Below are positions 1 through 11,654 of a DNA stretch of 43,847 nt, one piece after another; within the stretch, counting starts at the first letter, position 1, and every line of letters begins with the position of its first letter. Source of the DNA: Octopus bimaculoides. Lineage: Eukaryota. Location: NCBI RefSeq assembly GCF_001194135.2, contig NC_068987.1, positions 39,916,218 through 39,960,064 on the forward strand. Direction: 5' to 3'. The notes below the pieces were generated by a model that worked only from the letters and a program-made list of their open reading frames with translations, ran no database searches and had not been told where the DNA came from. The translations under genes and the position numbers were made by a program.

Positions 1-129
1 ACTCTAAGACAAATACAGGAGTACGTCCTTATAAATGAAACTTCCCCAATACTAAATAGGAAATATACATAGATATCATACCCCCATACCCACATTTTAC
101 ACATGTAAAGTAGAACAGTTGATGGGCTT

Positions 130-670
130 TTATGCAGATAGATGTATGTATGTCTGTGAGTGTGGGTGTATGTGTGTGTGCATACACATGTATGTATATA
201 TAAACCAACAGGTCTACATACAGACGGGTAGGTACATAGGGCATATGAACAGACAACCACATACGCAAATAGAGACTGAAACACATGACCTCATATACAC
301 ACACACTTGTCCACACATATGAAGATGTGCACCCATACATACAAACATGGTACATAGCAGCAAAACACGCACACACACACTCACACGCACACACACACTC
401 ACACACACACACACACAAGGAGACAGGTACATACATACATATACACACATACATAAAAATTTAAAAAAACACACAAACACAGGAATATGCAGAATACATA
501 CATACATACATACATGCAAACGCACACATACATACATATATACATACACACACATACATACATATATACATATGCACACACAAACACAGACAAACATACA
601 CACACATGCACACATACATACATGCATGCATACATACACACACACTGAGACACACACATGCGCAAAAACA
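130..670. repeat. Compound (CA)n/(TACA)n low-complexity tract
   Basis: Continuous acacac/acatacat runs; explains the six MCVCV/THTHT-type ORFs at 29-725. Confidence 0.95.
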
Positions 671-1145
671 GAACGCAGTGTAAATAACAGACAGTCAAGA
701 CTATTGAAAAGGTTGTAAGACGCAATGAAAATTTTAGGGAAATAGAAATAAAAAATAAGTGGAAATTTTACCGGTGAGTGTGTTAAATTTTAAGGTACAA
801 TAAGAAAATGACTCTCTCCAGACACAACAGAATATGTATGTATGTATATATATATATATATAAATAATAATAAAGGAGTTACAACGCAAAAACGTATAAA
901 TTCAAATGAACATATTTATCCTCTTCAATATATATTTCAGTATAAAGAATTCTTTAAGAGACTTAAATCAAAATTTCTTTACGCATCATTCAGGAATAAA
1001 TATAACATCAGGAAAAATACATTCCGTTTAAAAACACAAACCGTTCATGGCGAAAAAATTTCACAATTACAAAAACCGAACAAAATCTTTAAAGGTTTAG
1101 CAAAAAGAATGCTATTACCTACATACAGGCATCCGCGTGTGCGCC

Positions 1146-1245
1146 NNNNNNNNNNNNNNNNNNNNNNNNNNNNNNNNNNNNNNNNNNNNNNNNNNNNNNN
1201 NNNNNNNNNNNNNNNNNNNNNNNNNNNNNNNNNNNNNNNNNNNNN
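1146..1245. other. Assembly gap (100 N)
   Basis: N run of exactly 100, probably a gap of unknown size. Confidence 0.99.
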
Positions 1246-1379
1246 ATGAGATAATAGTTTCACTTTTAATAGTTTTAGTATTAATATTGAAAGTATTATC
1301 TCACATTTCAATATAGATGTTATGCTTTCACTTTTGATGCATAATACTGAAATAGTGTAGGAGATAAGACATAGCTCCA

Positions 1380-1537
1380 GGGTCGCATTAAGGAAGAAGT
1401 TGAAAATTTTGGGGGTCCCATGACACTGCATATATCGTAAGTTAGGCAAGTGTAAAATCTGAATGAAATCGATTGGTTAGTTCTTGAGTTTTAGTGATGC
1501 ACACATACAGACAGACAGACATACATTCTCAGTCTTA
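1380..1537 (+). mobile_element. Probable non-autonomous Helitron/Helentron-type (HINE/DINE-like) fragment
   Basis: aaatctgaatgaaatcgattggttagttcttgagtt followed by catacagacagacagacatacattctc. This layout with an internal (CAGA)n tract is what I recall for DINE/HINE-type elements. No termini verified. Confidence 0.4.
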
Positions 1538-1654
1538 CAGGCTCAATTAGCCCTCTACAGGAGATTGCTCAAAAGTCTGCACAGAGTCTTGCATTTAAGC
1601 TAAATGTAAAACTAGACTTTTGAGCAATCTCCTGCAGAGAGCTAATTGAACCTG
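1538..1654. mobile_element. 117-bp near-perfect foldback element (MITE-like hairpin)
   Basis: 1538-1578 is the reverse complement of 1614-1654 with 3 mismatches in 41 bp. Inner arms 1585-1597 and 1601-1613 pair at 11/13 around a 3-nt loop. Termini are CAGG...CCTG, with TA on the left flank and CA on the right. Confidence 0.7.
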
Positions 1655-2097
1655 CAGCCCAAGACTTAAGAAAGCTAAACAGCATAGCTATAATACATCT
1701 AGAATGACTATATGCCCCAATGGTGTATCATCAGAGTTTAAGGACAGATAAGAATTTATTCTGTGATGCAATCATTCCATTGTTCCAGTCCCGATTTGAA
1801 TTCAAATTGTTGGCCAATTTGTTCCAAAGTTCTTATCTTGGCGTAAAATTAACGAAGCAAATGTCCTTTATCTCTCCCTTGATCTCTACTGTCATCTGAC
1901 AAACATAACCAAAATGGCGTGAATCAGCTAGAAATAGCATGCCAAATGCTTTTAAATCAGTTCCCAATGCTGGATGTTCAAGAACCAAATGAATGGCAGA
2001 TTTTCAATCCCAGTATCATCCTGATTCCAAGAAGGTATAATAGACCTATGTAGAGCAAATGCAAACTGAGATACATGGGTCCCTGACAGGCAGAATT

Positions 2098-2477
2098 NNN
2101 NNNNNNNNNNNNNNNNNNNNNNNNNNNNNNNNNNNNNNNNNNNNNNNNNNNNNNNNNNNNNNNNNNNNNNNNNNNNNNNNNNNNNNNNNNNNNNNNNNNN
2201 NNNNNNNNNNNNNNNNNNNNNNNNNNNNNNNNNNNNNNNNNNNNNNNNNNNNNNNNNNNNNNNNNNNNNNNNNNNNNNNNNNNNNNNNNNNNNNNNNNNN
2301 NNNNNNNNNNNNNNNNNNNNNNNNNNNNNNNNNNNNNNNNNNNNNNNNNNNNNNNNNNNNNNNNNNNNNNNNNNNNNNNNNNNNNNNNNNNNNNNNNNNN
2401 NNNNNNNNNNNNNNNNNNNNNNNNNNNNNNNNNNNNNNNNNNNNNNNNNNNNNNNNNNNNNNNNNNNNNNNNNNNNN
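2098..2477. other. Assembly gap (380 N)
   Basis: N run. Confidence 0.99.
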
Positions 2478-3895
2478 AAGCAGAGGTCAGCTATGCATTG
2501 CTTAGCAACAACCAGCTGGAAGCCACTAGCCAGTTCTTTTGTTGGAGAGAAGAGGAGTAGGAAAGCATTAAACAACAACAGTCATGAATTGCAGAGATAC
2601 ACAAGAGGTTTGAAAGGAGGGAAAGTGGAGAAAGAGTAATGAATATTTAGGAAATATATCTCCAAGCTAGATTTAGCAAGGAGTTATGTTTATCTAGTTA
2701 GCAGAGAAACAGCAAGTAGGTTTGTTAATGTTCTACATCAAAATGATGAGAAGTATAAAAGTATTTCAAACTGCAATTTAGTACTTTGGGTGGAACGAGG
2801 AACTGGAATGTTACCAAGGACAGTTGTTTCCAAAATAACAGAGTATAATGCTTTCAATACCTAACCACCTATGACTGCCTCTAGATGTGTAAAAGATAGT
2901 ATAAAAACAAACTTATTTTTAGAGTGTTTGTATTAAAATCTACCATCTTAATTTTATTCAAGGATCTTCTGTTTTAAACACCAAATTAATTAGGACGTCA
3001 TTTACTAAATTCTTCCAAAATTAACTGAAATAATTAAGCAGCATATTTTTTTTATTAGAAACTAGGTCTTTACCAGTCACTACACTGCCAGTAAAAAATA
3101 TTTATTAATTATGCACATATGTTTTTTAATAGTAGACTGTTAGTGAAGTAGCGTTAGTTATTATGATGACAACACTCTACCTATGATCTATCTATCTTTC
3201 ATAGACACTCTCTCTCTCTCTCTCTCTCTGACTGTATTTCTCTCTCAACAACCTGTTTTTTTTTTTTGTGAAACAAATTTTAATTCTATCTTTTACACAC
3301 ACTCTTTCCCTCTCACTGGTATATTTGACATGTTATATATCATTGGTTTTCTAATTGTTCTTTGGTGTAGTTTAGTTGAGTTATTGCTTAGGCCCCAGAT
3401 CAATCCATTATCAAGCAGACCCATAATCTTTCCTTTCTTTTCCAACATATTGCGTCTAAGATCTCATTATCCAATATTTCCCCACTTTTTTTTTTTGAGA
3501 CAAAAGATCTTGACCCAAGAGACTCTAAGGCCAAGCAGTTCCACTTCCTCATATTTTTCACTTAAAAACTGGTAAATATTTCATCAAGGTTAAGTATATG
3601 GAATTGATAGAAAATTTGTCAGGGGTTTTAGAATTCACATAGAGTGACTGGAAATGTCTTTAATGTCATATTTGATTCTGTGTTGGATTTAGTCTAACCA
3701 GAAACACCAAAATGAAATGGGGACATAATGTAGAATCATCTTTCTGTGATTATGAAGCAGTCCAAGCTGTGAGTTACCAGCTGCTTTACCCATTATTGGA
3801 TTTACCTTGTTGTGTGGGTGACTCAAGACGTGCAAGATTGATTCAAGAAGTAGAAAAATTTGATATGGACACAAAATGATGACGATGATAATAAT

Positions 3896-3998
3896 TGATT
3901 CAAATTTTGGCACAAGATCAGTAATTGCAGGGAGAAAGGGTTAATTGATTTCATTGATCCTCCCCCTCCCAGTACTTGACTGGTACTCTATTTTATCA
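3896..3998 (-). mobile_element. SINE family A, 3' half
   Basis: ttttggcacaag...cccagtacttgactggtactctattttatc matches other family A copies; AAT-like repeats on both sides. Confidence 0.7.
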
Positions 3999-4450
3999 AA
4001 TAATAACAATAATAATAATAATAACAGCAGAAGATTAAGTAGTAGTAGTTTAAACTTTCTTTTATTGTTTGCATAAGCTCCCAACATCTCAGTATCTTAT
4101 TTAAATACATTTCTTCCAGTTTTTCATTTATTAAACCTACTATGACCATATCTTATAGAAGAGAATCTGATCTCTGTCTTTCTGTCACAAGGGGAAGAAG
4201 AGAAGAAATCAACCCCTGTCACAAAATATTTAGAATGAGAGGAGAAAGTTGTTGAGAAAAAAATAGTGTGATAGAGAGTATGTGAGAGTATGTGAAAGGT
4301 AGTATTGTCACCATAATAACTAACAAGTTTTAGTTTTAAAAAAAACAGAAATTTTAAGTACAAGTCTGTCAGCACAACACAACACACTTCAAAAAAGAAA
4401 AAAGAAAAGACATTCACTATACAACAATATAACTATATTTGTGTGTGTGT

Positions 4451-4454
<4 letters not shown>

Positions 4455-4502
<48 letters not shown>
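4455..4502. repeat. (GA)n microsatellite
   Basis: Direct reading. Confidence 0.95.
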
Positions 4503-4504
<2 letters not shown>

Positions 4505-4852
4505 TTCTGTATGCCTTTCAACACAGGGAGTTAGTAAAAAGATTCTGTATCCTTCTGATGATATGACAGTTTGTAGCCTCTTTAGTTGGTTTTTCACCAG
4601 AAACTGATGGTGTTACATAATCAGACCTCCATCTCATTGTTTGTCATCATTTTGATACAGAAAATGTGCTTTGAAATCCTTAGACAGATTGTCCTCAGGA
4701 AATAGAAGTTTCTGCTGCTATTAATGTTATTGCTACCTGTACTGTTGTACATTTTCTCTCTGTCTCTGCCTCTCCTGTGATTCTGGTTTGAAAATATTCA
4801 GATGGCTCTTACTTTCACACATGTAATAACTGAGCTTTCTAGCCTACACTGC

Positions 4853-4876
4853 CAGCAGCAGCAGCAGCAGCAGCAG
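4853..4876. repeat. (CAG)8
   Basis: Eight perfect CAG units. Confidence 0.95.
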
Positions 4877-5769
4877 TCTTTGCACTCACACGATATACAA
4901 GTTCAGACCTGTTCTCTGATCTGGAGTAGGAGTGAGATCATCAATTTTTGTATGATCATGCAGACCCCCAGCCAACCACATTATTCTTGGTTACCTTACC
5001 ACAGGCCACTTTGTGGAACCATTTGATGCTACAAAGGTGGCAACAAGCCAAGGAACAATATGGCTACCAGTGTCCCTGACTGTGACCTTGTTCAGAATCA
5101 CTCTACATATTAGGGTCCCAGTTTATGAACAGATGTATGATGCATTAGTTTTGCCTGTTGTCTTGCCTTGTCCTAATTTTGAAGATCAAGTACATACTCC
5201 CATATGCCCTGCTCTGATCAACAGAGGAAACATCATAACATATACCACTTAATGTTTCTCCAAACTGTTCTTTTGAGGGTAATTGGAAACATGTTCTCTC
5301 ATTTGTGAAACAGAGAGGTTATCTTCTTCCTTGTCCATGCTTAAATAAATTCTTCAGGCAAGAGAGAGAAGCTTCTTTTAGTGACAAACTGATTTTTACT
5401 TCAGAAATGGGTTTTTACTCAATCTTTCTCTCTGGTTAGAAACACTAGCAAAAGAATTGTTACTAAAGCTTTTGTTTGTGTCATGAAAATTAATGTTGAA
5501 ATTGTGATATTTTTCACAATTGGTAAAATATATGCACCTGTCTGTTGAATTCAGTTTCTTATTTTTTTTTTTTTTTTTTTTTTTGTTCTATTTGTATTGT
5601 GTTGTTTCATTTAATCTTACATACAAAACAAAATTGATCTGTGGAGAAATTAGACTCAAAAACTATAGATTTTGTCCAATGCGCTAATGATTCTGCCAAT
5701 CAGTTGCTCTTAATGATGATGATAATAATAGTGATTTCATTTTTTTAAATTATTTATTAATAGTAATAA

Positions 5770-8583
5770 ATTTTGGCTAGACACATGGATTATTGAAATG
5801 TTGGAGTGATGCCATGTTGATGTGTGTGGTGTGTGAGAAGTAAGATGGAGATTCCTCACAGGTAAGAGACAGAGACTCAAATTCTTCTGGGCTGGCAGGA
5901 AGGATGGGGCGGGTGGAGTAGGCATACTATTAGCAGAAAAGTGGGTAGATAAGGTAATTCAAGTAGTCAGAGTATGAGATAGGGTAATTAATATGAGACT
6001 TACCATAGGTAAATTAACAGTTACATTCATCTGTCTATGCTCCTCAGTCTGGACTGACTGATGAGCAGAAGGACCAATTCTATGAGGTCTTTTGCAGACC
6101 ACCTCAACGACAAATGACAGAGACTTTGTAACAATGGCTGGTGACTTTAATGGACATGTTAGACAGCACCCACCATGGATTTTAGGGAGAGCATGGGGGG
6201 GGGGCTATGGTTTTGGACCAAGAAATAGGGAGGGAACAAGACTACTGGAGTTCTGGGATGCAAATGATCTCATGAACTACAACAAAATGATCTCATGAAC
6301 TTCAAAAAACCAGCCACCCACCTAATCGCTATCAGTCTGGTGAGTACATAACCAGGTAATGAAATAGATGGATGCTTAAAAATGCAAAGTCTTTCCCAGG
6401 TGAAGTGTGTACAACCCAACACAGGTTACTAGTTTGTGACCTCAGAATTAGAGCAAGAAAGACTTGGAGAAATAAACCAATCTGGAAAAGAAGACTATGA
6501 AAGCTCAAAGACCCAGCAAACACACAAAAATTTAGAGATATACTAATGGAAGCTTCTGATGAAAGAGAGGAAGAGTTTCAGGGCATATAGCTTAGAGGAC
6601 AATTGGAAGTTCCTGCGGTACAATCTACTGAAGGCTACAGATGAAATCTGTGGTTGGTGCAGACTCCCAGCTAGACCAAGAGTGACATGGTGGTGGAGCA
6701 AGGAGGTTGACAGTGTTATAAAAGAAAAAAGTCAGGCCTAGAAAGACTGGAAAATTGGTGGAAGCAGAGAATTATATCAGGTAGCCAAAAGGGCAGCTAG
6801 GCATCAGGTATACACAGCAAAAGGAGCAGCTGAAGGTAAGAGATTTTCAAATGTTTTAGAGCATGAGGATCAGAGGCATGAAGTGTTCAGGATTGCAAAG
6901 CAGTGTGTCAGAGAGAATAGAGATGTGGTGGGTGAGAAATGTGTGTAAATGGATAATGGTAGGCTTGCACTTAGTGACTCAGAGAAGAAAGATGCATTGA
7001 AGTGTCACTATGAAAGGTTACTAAACATGAAAAATGAATGGGAGGAGAGTTTACCAAAAATCAAACCAACTGAGGAACCAGCCATCAGAGTTGATAGCAG
7101 CATAAAATATAAGGCAATTAAGAATATGAAGACAGGGAAAGGCCCTAGGCCATCAGGAATCACTGCCAAGATGATTAAAATTTCCAGTGGTATAGGATAC
7201 AGCCTAGTCACCCATATATTTAATCAGGTTATTCAGGAAGGCACCATCCGCAATGACTGGTGTAGTAGTATTATAGTTAGCTACAACAAGGGTAAAGGTG
7301 ATGCCTTAGACAGAAACAACTACAGAGGTATTAAATTGCTACAACAAGTCATGAAAGTTACTGAGAGAGTTATAGCTCAAGTGATTAGAAATAGAATTAA
7401 ACTAGATGAGATGCAGTTTGGTTTTGTACCTGGGAAGAGTACCATAGATGCCACCTTCCTAGTGAGACAGCTGCAGGAAAAGTACTTGGCCATAAGTAAG
7501 CCATTGTAATTAGCCTTCGTCGACCTATGGTGGTCTCTAAGGAAGTTAGGAATAGAGGAGTGGCTTGTTAGAGCTGTACAGTGGTGCTGTCAATAAGGTG
7601 AGAGTCAGCCATGAATACAGGGCTCAGTTCTTAGCCCACTCTTATTCATTATAGTCCTCCAAGCCATAAGAGAGGAATTCAAAACTGGATGCCCATGAGA
7701 ACTGCTATATGCTGATTACCTTGCTCTTATTGCAGAATCTTTAGCAGAATTGGAATCAAAGGGCCTTAAAGTTAACCTAGCTAAAACTAAAGTAGTTGTT
7801 AGTAAGAAAGAAGATAAAACTCTCTTTCCATCAGGTAAATGGCCCTGCTCAATATGTAGAAAAGGAGTTGGAAGAAATTCCATTCACTGCACCCAGTGTA
7901 AACTATGAACACATAAAAGGTGTAGTGGAATCACAGGAAGATTAACAGATAAAATCGTCTTTGTATGTGGCAGATGGGCAGGAACAATAAGCACTAAGGA
8001 CACACAGGAATTAAACTCTCTCAAATACCCAGGAGGCTCTCTTGAGGTCGTGGATAGTTTCTGTTACCTAGGTGATCAAATTAGCAATGGTGGAAGATGC
8101 TTTGAAAGTATTGTTTCTAAAATAAGAATTGGGTGAAGGAAAATCAGAGTGCTATTACCTCTGTTGACAACAAAAGGACTCTCTCTCAGAGTGAAAGGTA
8201 GACTATATGATGCTTGTGTACAAACGGCTATACTTCATGATAGTGAGACAATGGCTCTGAATGCAAAAGACATGCATAGACTGGAGAGAAATGAAGGTAG
8301 TATGCTCCACTGGATATGTAACATCAGTGCACATGTACAGCAAAGTGCAAATGTATTGAGAGAAAGGTCGGGTATAAGAGGAATCAAATGTAGCATGCAA
8401 AAGAGAAGACTACATCGGTTTGGACATGTGATGCATATGAATGAGGACAACTGCATAAAGAAATGTCAATCACTGACAGTGGATGGTACCCACGGAAGAG
8501 GGAGACCCAGGAAGACATGGTATGAAGTGGTAAGGACCGAGCTCAGGATGTTAGGCTTCATGGAGGAAATGACAATGGACTGA
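5770..8583 (+). pseudogene. Disrupted endonuclease-reverse transcriptase ORF of RTE copy 1
   Basis: ORF-track pieces 6092-6298, 6559-6741, 6949-7509 and 8149-8583 are colinear parts of one EN-RT polyprotein broken by stops, frameshifts and a deletion after FVDL. The YADD motif reads YADY. Confidence 0.9.
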
Positions 8584-8849
8584 GATGTCTGGCAATATGA
8601 AGTTCTTGAGAAGACCCATACACATCAGCAAAACTGAGCTCTAGAAGCATTATGTGTCCCACCCACACTTAACAAGAAAGCTTCTCACACACTCTACCAC
8701 AACAAACCAAACTACTTCTCTACATCTCTTCTCTTCCTCATATTTCCACTTCATGCATTATGCTTACCTCTGACTCCCCAACCCTGTCCTCTTGACCCTG
8801 TGCCACTGTATCATTGCTAGCCACTAGCCCCAACTTGTGTGTTCTACCC

Positions 8850-9015
8850 TCATTGGATCATTGCATCCCACAGGATTTTGCAATTCTCATTTTCGGTGAC
8901 TCCTTCTGGAGTTTGCTGATACCACGTCTTTGCTCTTTGTAGGCCATGATCTCTACAGAGTTCCCAATGGGTCATTCTTGCCACATTGTCATGGCACCTT
9001 TGGTATTTGCATTGT
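8850..9015 (-). mobile_element. R4/Dong-like non-LTR retrotransposon fragment nested in the RTE 3'UTR
   Basis: RCHDNVARMTHWELCRDHGLQRAKTWYQQTPEGVTENENCKILWD matches the RHD..A..IHW.LC...WY.H.PE.V.EN...KILWD segment upstream of the restriction-like endonuclease in R4/Dong elements. Confidence 0.8.
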
Positions 9016-10667
9016 ACCAATTTATTATTGCTATCTACAAGTCCCCAACCTGTGTGTTCTACATGTAACAAGAGAACATTTCACTCACCCTACCCCAACA
9101 AACCAATCTACATCTCCACATCTCTTCTCTTCCTCACATTTCCTCCTTCAGACACTATGCCTAGCTCTCACTACCCAACCCTGTTCCTCTATATCATTGC
9201 TATCCAGTAGTCCCCTCCCCCAACTATATATACCCAGGATTTTGCCACTCACTCCCCCTCTCCTCCGCACTCTTTAATCATACTTCCTTTGCAATATCCT
9301 GCCACTTATATTATGGCATTCGAGCCACAAGGGTATGTCCTGACACTTGCCACTTTCTATATCTCTCTCTTCCTTTACTCAACCATCCCATTTATATTCT
9401 GATCCCTGTCCCTTGTGAGTATGCCTGGCATTTTGCCACCATCTCTATCTTGCTGTCTCCCACTCTCTCTCTCCTTCTCCTGCAATTCCCTCAGGTTGGG
9501 TAACCATGTATTTCCTTTGCGGTAGCGCACCTGTTTTGGTCTTCATTCCTGAGCTCTCTCTCTCTCTCTCTCTCTCCCTCTCCAGCCGGGTAACCTTGTA
9601 CTTGCTCTAGAGCAAGACACCTGTTTCTGTCTCTGTGTCTCATCATAGCCTTTCATCTTCCAACACAACATTAGCTCCTCCAATGCCCCCTCCCCTCTTG
9701 AAAGTTTTTTTTTGTCTTGCAAGTACTTGGTGACCTTGTGAGTGCAGGTGCCACTTAAAAAGTACCCAGTCCACACTGTAAAGTGGTTCATGTTTGGAAG
9801 GGCATCCAGCTGTAAAAACCTTGCCAAAACTGACCTTGCCTGTGCTTGTGCCACATAAAAAGCACTAAGTCCACTCTGCTGAGTGATTGGTATTAGGAAG
9901 GGCATCCAGCTGTAAAAATCCTGCCAAAACAGTCACAGAAGTCTGGTGCAGGCTTGGCCTGGTCAAACCATCCCACCCATGCTAGCATGGAAGGTTGACA
10001 TTAAACAATGATCATGATGACGATGACCAATTTCAACAAAGAACATGAAATTGATGACTGGAACAGCATCCAACAGTAAACCAAGACCTCAAAAAATATA
10101 TCCTTGCTAGCATGGAAAAATGGACACAAAATGAAAAAATTAAGACTGTGTATGTGACATGTGTAAGAGTTTGATGTGATTTTTTCCGTGTATAAGTATA
10201 TGATGGGTAAGGCAAAGAAAAAAGAATTTGTAAGAAATATGAGTGTCTGATTCCAACACTTTTTTAATTACAGAAAAGAAGATTCTGAGAAACTGATTTT
10301 GATGATTCTGAGCTTTTGTTTTTATTTCATCCATTTTAATGATTTTTTAATTTTAATTTTATTTTTTATTTGAATCATTCTTTTAAGAATGAAACGTGCA
10401 TAAGCAGATGTTTGCTTCTTATTTAAAAATGTTATCAGTTTCTTATTACTTCAATTAACAGTGATACCAGAAGAAAACAATTCCAGTATTCAAGTAATTC
10501 TAATAATCATCAGGAATAGTGTCATCTTATTCAGCAGCAGCAATGTCATGATATAATTCTCGAAATCTAAAAGGATTTCCATTATTACCATTTGTTCTTA
10601 TTCAACATTGACTATCACTTTATCATTTCAATGATGACAATGATGAGAATTATAAGTGGTGGCGGTG

Positions 10668-10759
10668 GCACCACCACCACCATCATCACCATCACCACTG
10701 CCACTATCACCATCACCACCATCACCATCACCATCACCATCAACATCATCATCATCATC
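10668..10759. repeat. (CAC)n/(CAT)n compound trinucleotide tract
   Basis: Direct reading; explains ORFs 10592-10843 and 10656-10904. Confidence 0.9.
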
Positions 10760-11047
10760 AGTGTATTACCAAAGATTGAAGCTTTGGATTCACTTGTATC
10801 ATATTCCTTTCAAGGAAAAGTATTGTCTTCAGACAGCAGTTAGACTTTCAATGGGTAAAATGAATTCTTTTTGTTTCTCTTTCTTTTTTCATGCTGGAAA
10901 GTGAGTGATATCCGACCATCTTGAATTATCAGTCTTACTATAGCCTTATCATTTAAAATTTAACAATCCTATTTACATCATTACCACTACTACCACCACA
11001 TCCTTTCATTCCTTTTCCTCCTCCACAATCAGTATTTTTACTTCCTT

Positions 11048-11269
11048 GTAAAGTGGCAAATTGGCAGAATCATTAGCACACTAGACAAAATGCTGCTAAA
11101 CATACTGTCCATTTTTATATTCTGAGTTCAAATTCTGCTGAGTTCAACTTTGCCTTTCATCCTTTTGGGATTGATGAAATAAGTACCAGTTAAATGCTGG
11201 GGTCGATGTAATTGACTAGCTCTTACTCCCTCAAAATGCCAGGCACTGTTCCTATAGTATAAAGGATTT
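11048..11269 (+). mobile_element. SINE family A, full-length tRNA-derived copy
   Basis: Head with B-box-like gagttcaaattc (11124-11135), central gcctttcatccttttgggattgatgaaataagtaccag, tail ending aaaggattta. The central motif resembles the conserved domain I recall from Sauria/MetaSINE-type SINEs. Confidence 0.85.
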
Positions 11270-11654
11270 ATATTTCCTTAAATCCAAATCTTAAATCTTA
11301 GATCTTAAATCCAGATATCAAAACCACTTCCCTGACACATGCTACCATTCACTGCCACTTAAATGAAAGTAAGTTTTGTCAAAATTTTACTAGCTATTCC
11401 TTACTCCAGAAATAGGCCCAAAAATAAAGAACATCACATATTTCAAGCTACCTTTAACCTATACATACAGCAACTGTGTTATATTATTCAACAGTAGAAC
11501 TATTCTCTCAACTTCAAATCTATTTTCACATTTTTATCCTCTTCAACACAACACTCTCTTAAGTAACCTGTACAATCTTCTGTTATTATATGAAACAGGC
11601 TTGTATATTCAATAAATAATTATACATACTGACATAGTAAGAACAATGACAACA

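Larger units (their letters stand above)
5770..10026 (+). mobile_element. Near-full-length decayed RTE-clade LINE (copy 1) with long 3'UTR and (ATG)n-like tail
   Basis: APE endonuclease motifs (GVGILLAEKW, YAPQSG, MAGDFNGHV, HRLLVCDL), then RT motifs (NYRGIKLL, MQFGFVPGKSTIDA, AFVDL, GSVLSPLLF, LLYADY), C-terminal GRGRPRKTW, and the terminal tail catgctagcatggaaggttgacattaaacaatgatcatgatga. Confidence 0.92.

Noticed and set aside
29-725. Cluster of 64-147 aa ORFs
   Set aside because: Translations of (CA)/(TACA) repeats. The same applies to ORFs at 10592-10904, 13646-14036, 31005-31187 and 32118-32367.
1680-2880. Possible coding relic around the second gap
   Set aside because: I translated several frames and all had stops with no recognisable motif, so it cannot be assigned.
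5130-5185. Walker-A-like GQGKTTGKT on the minus strand
   Set aside because: The spacing is not GxxxxGK[ST] and the frame is closed by nearby stops on both sides.
11048-11140. tRNA gene
   Set aside because: Only a B-box-like motif is present, with no cloverleaf, and it runs into SINE body sequence.
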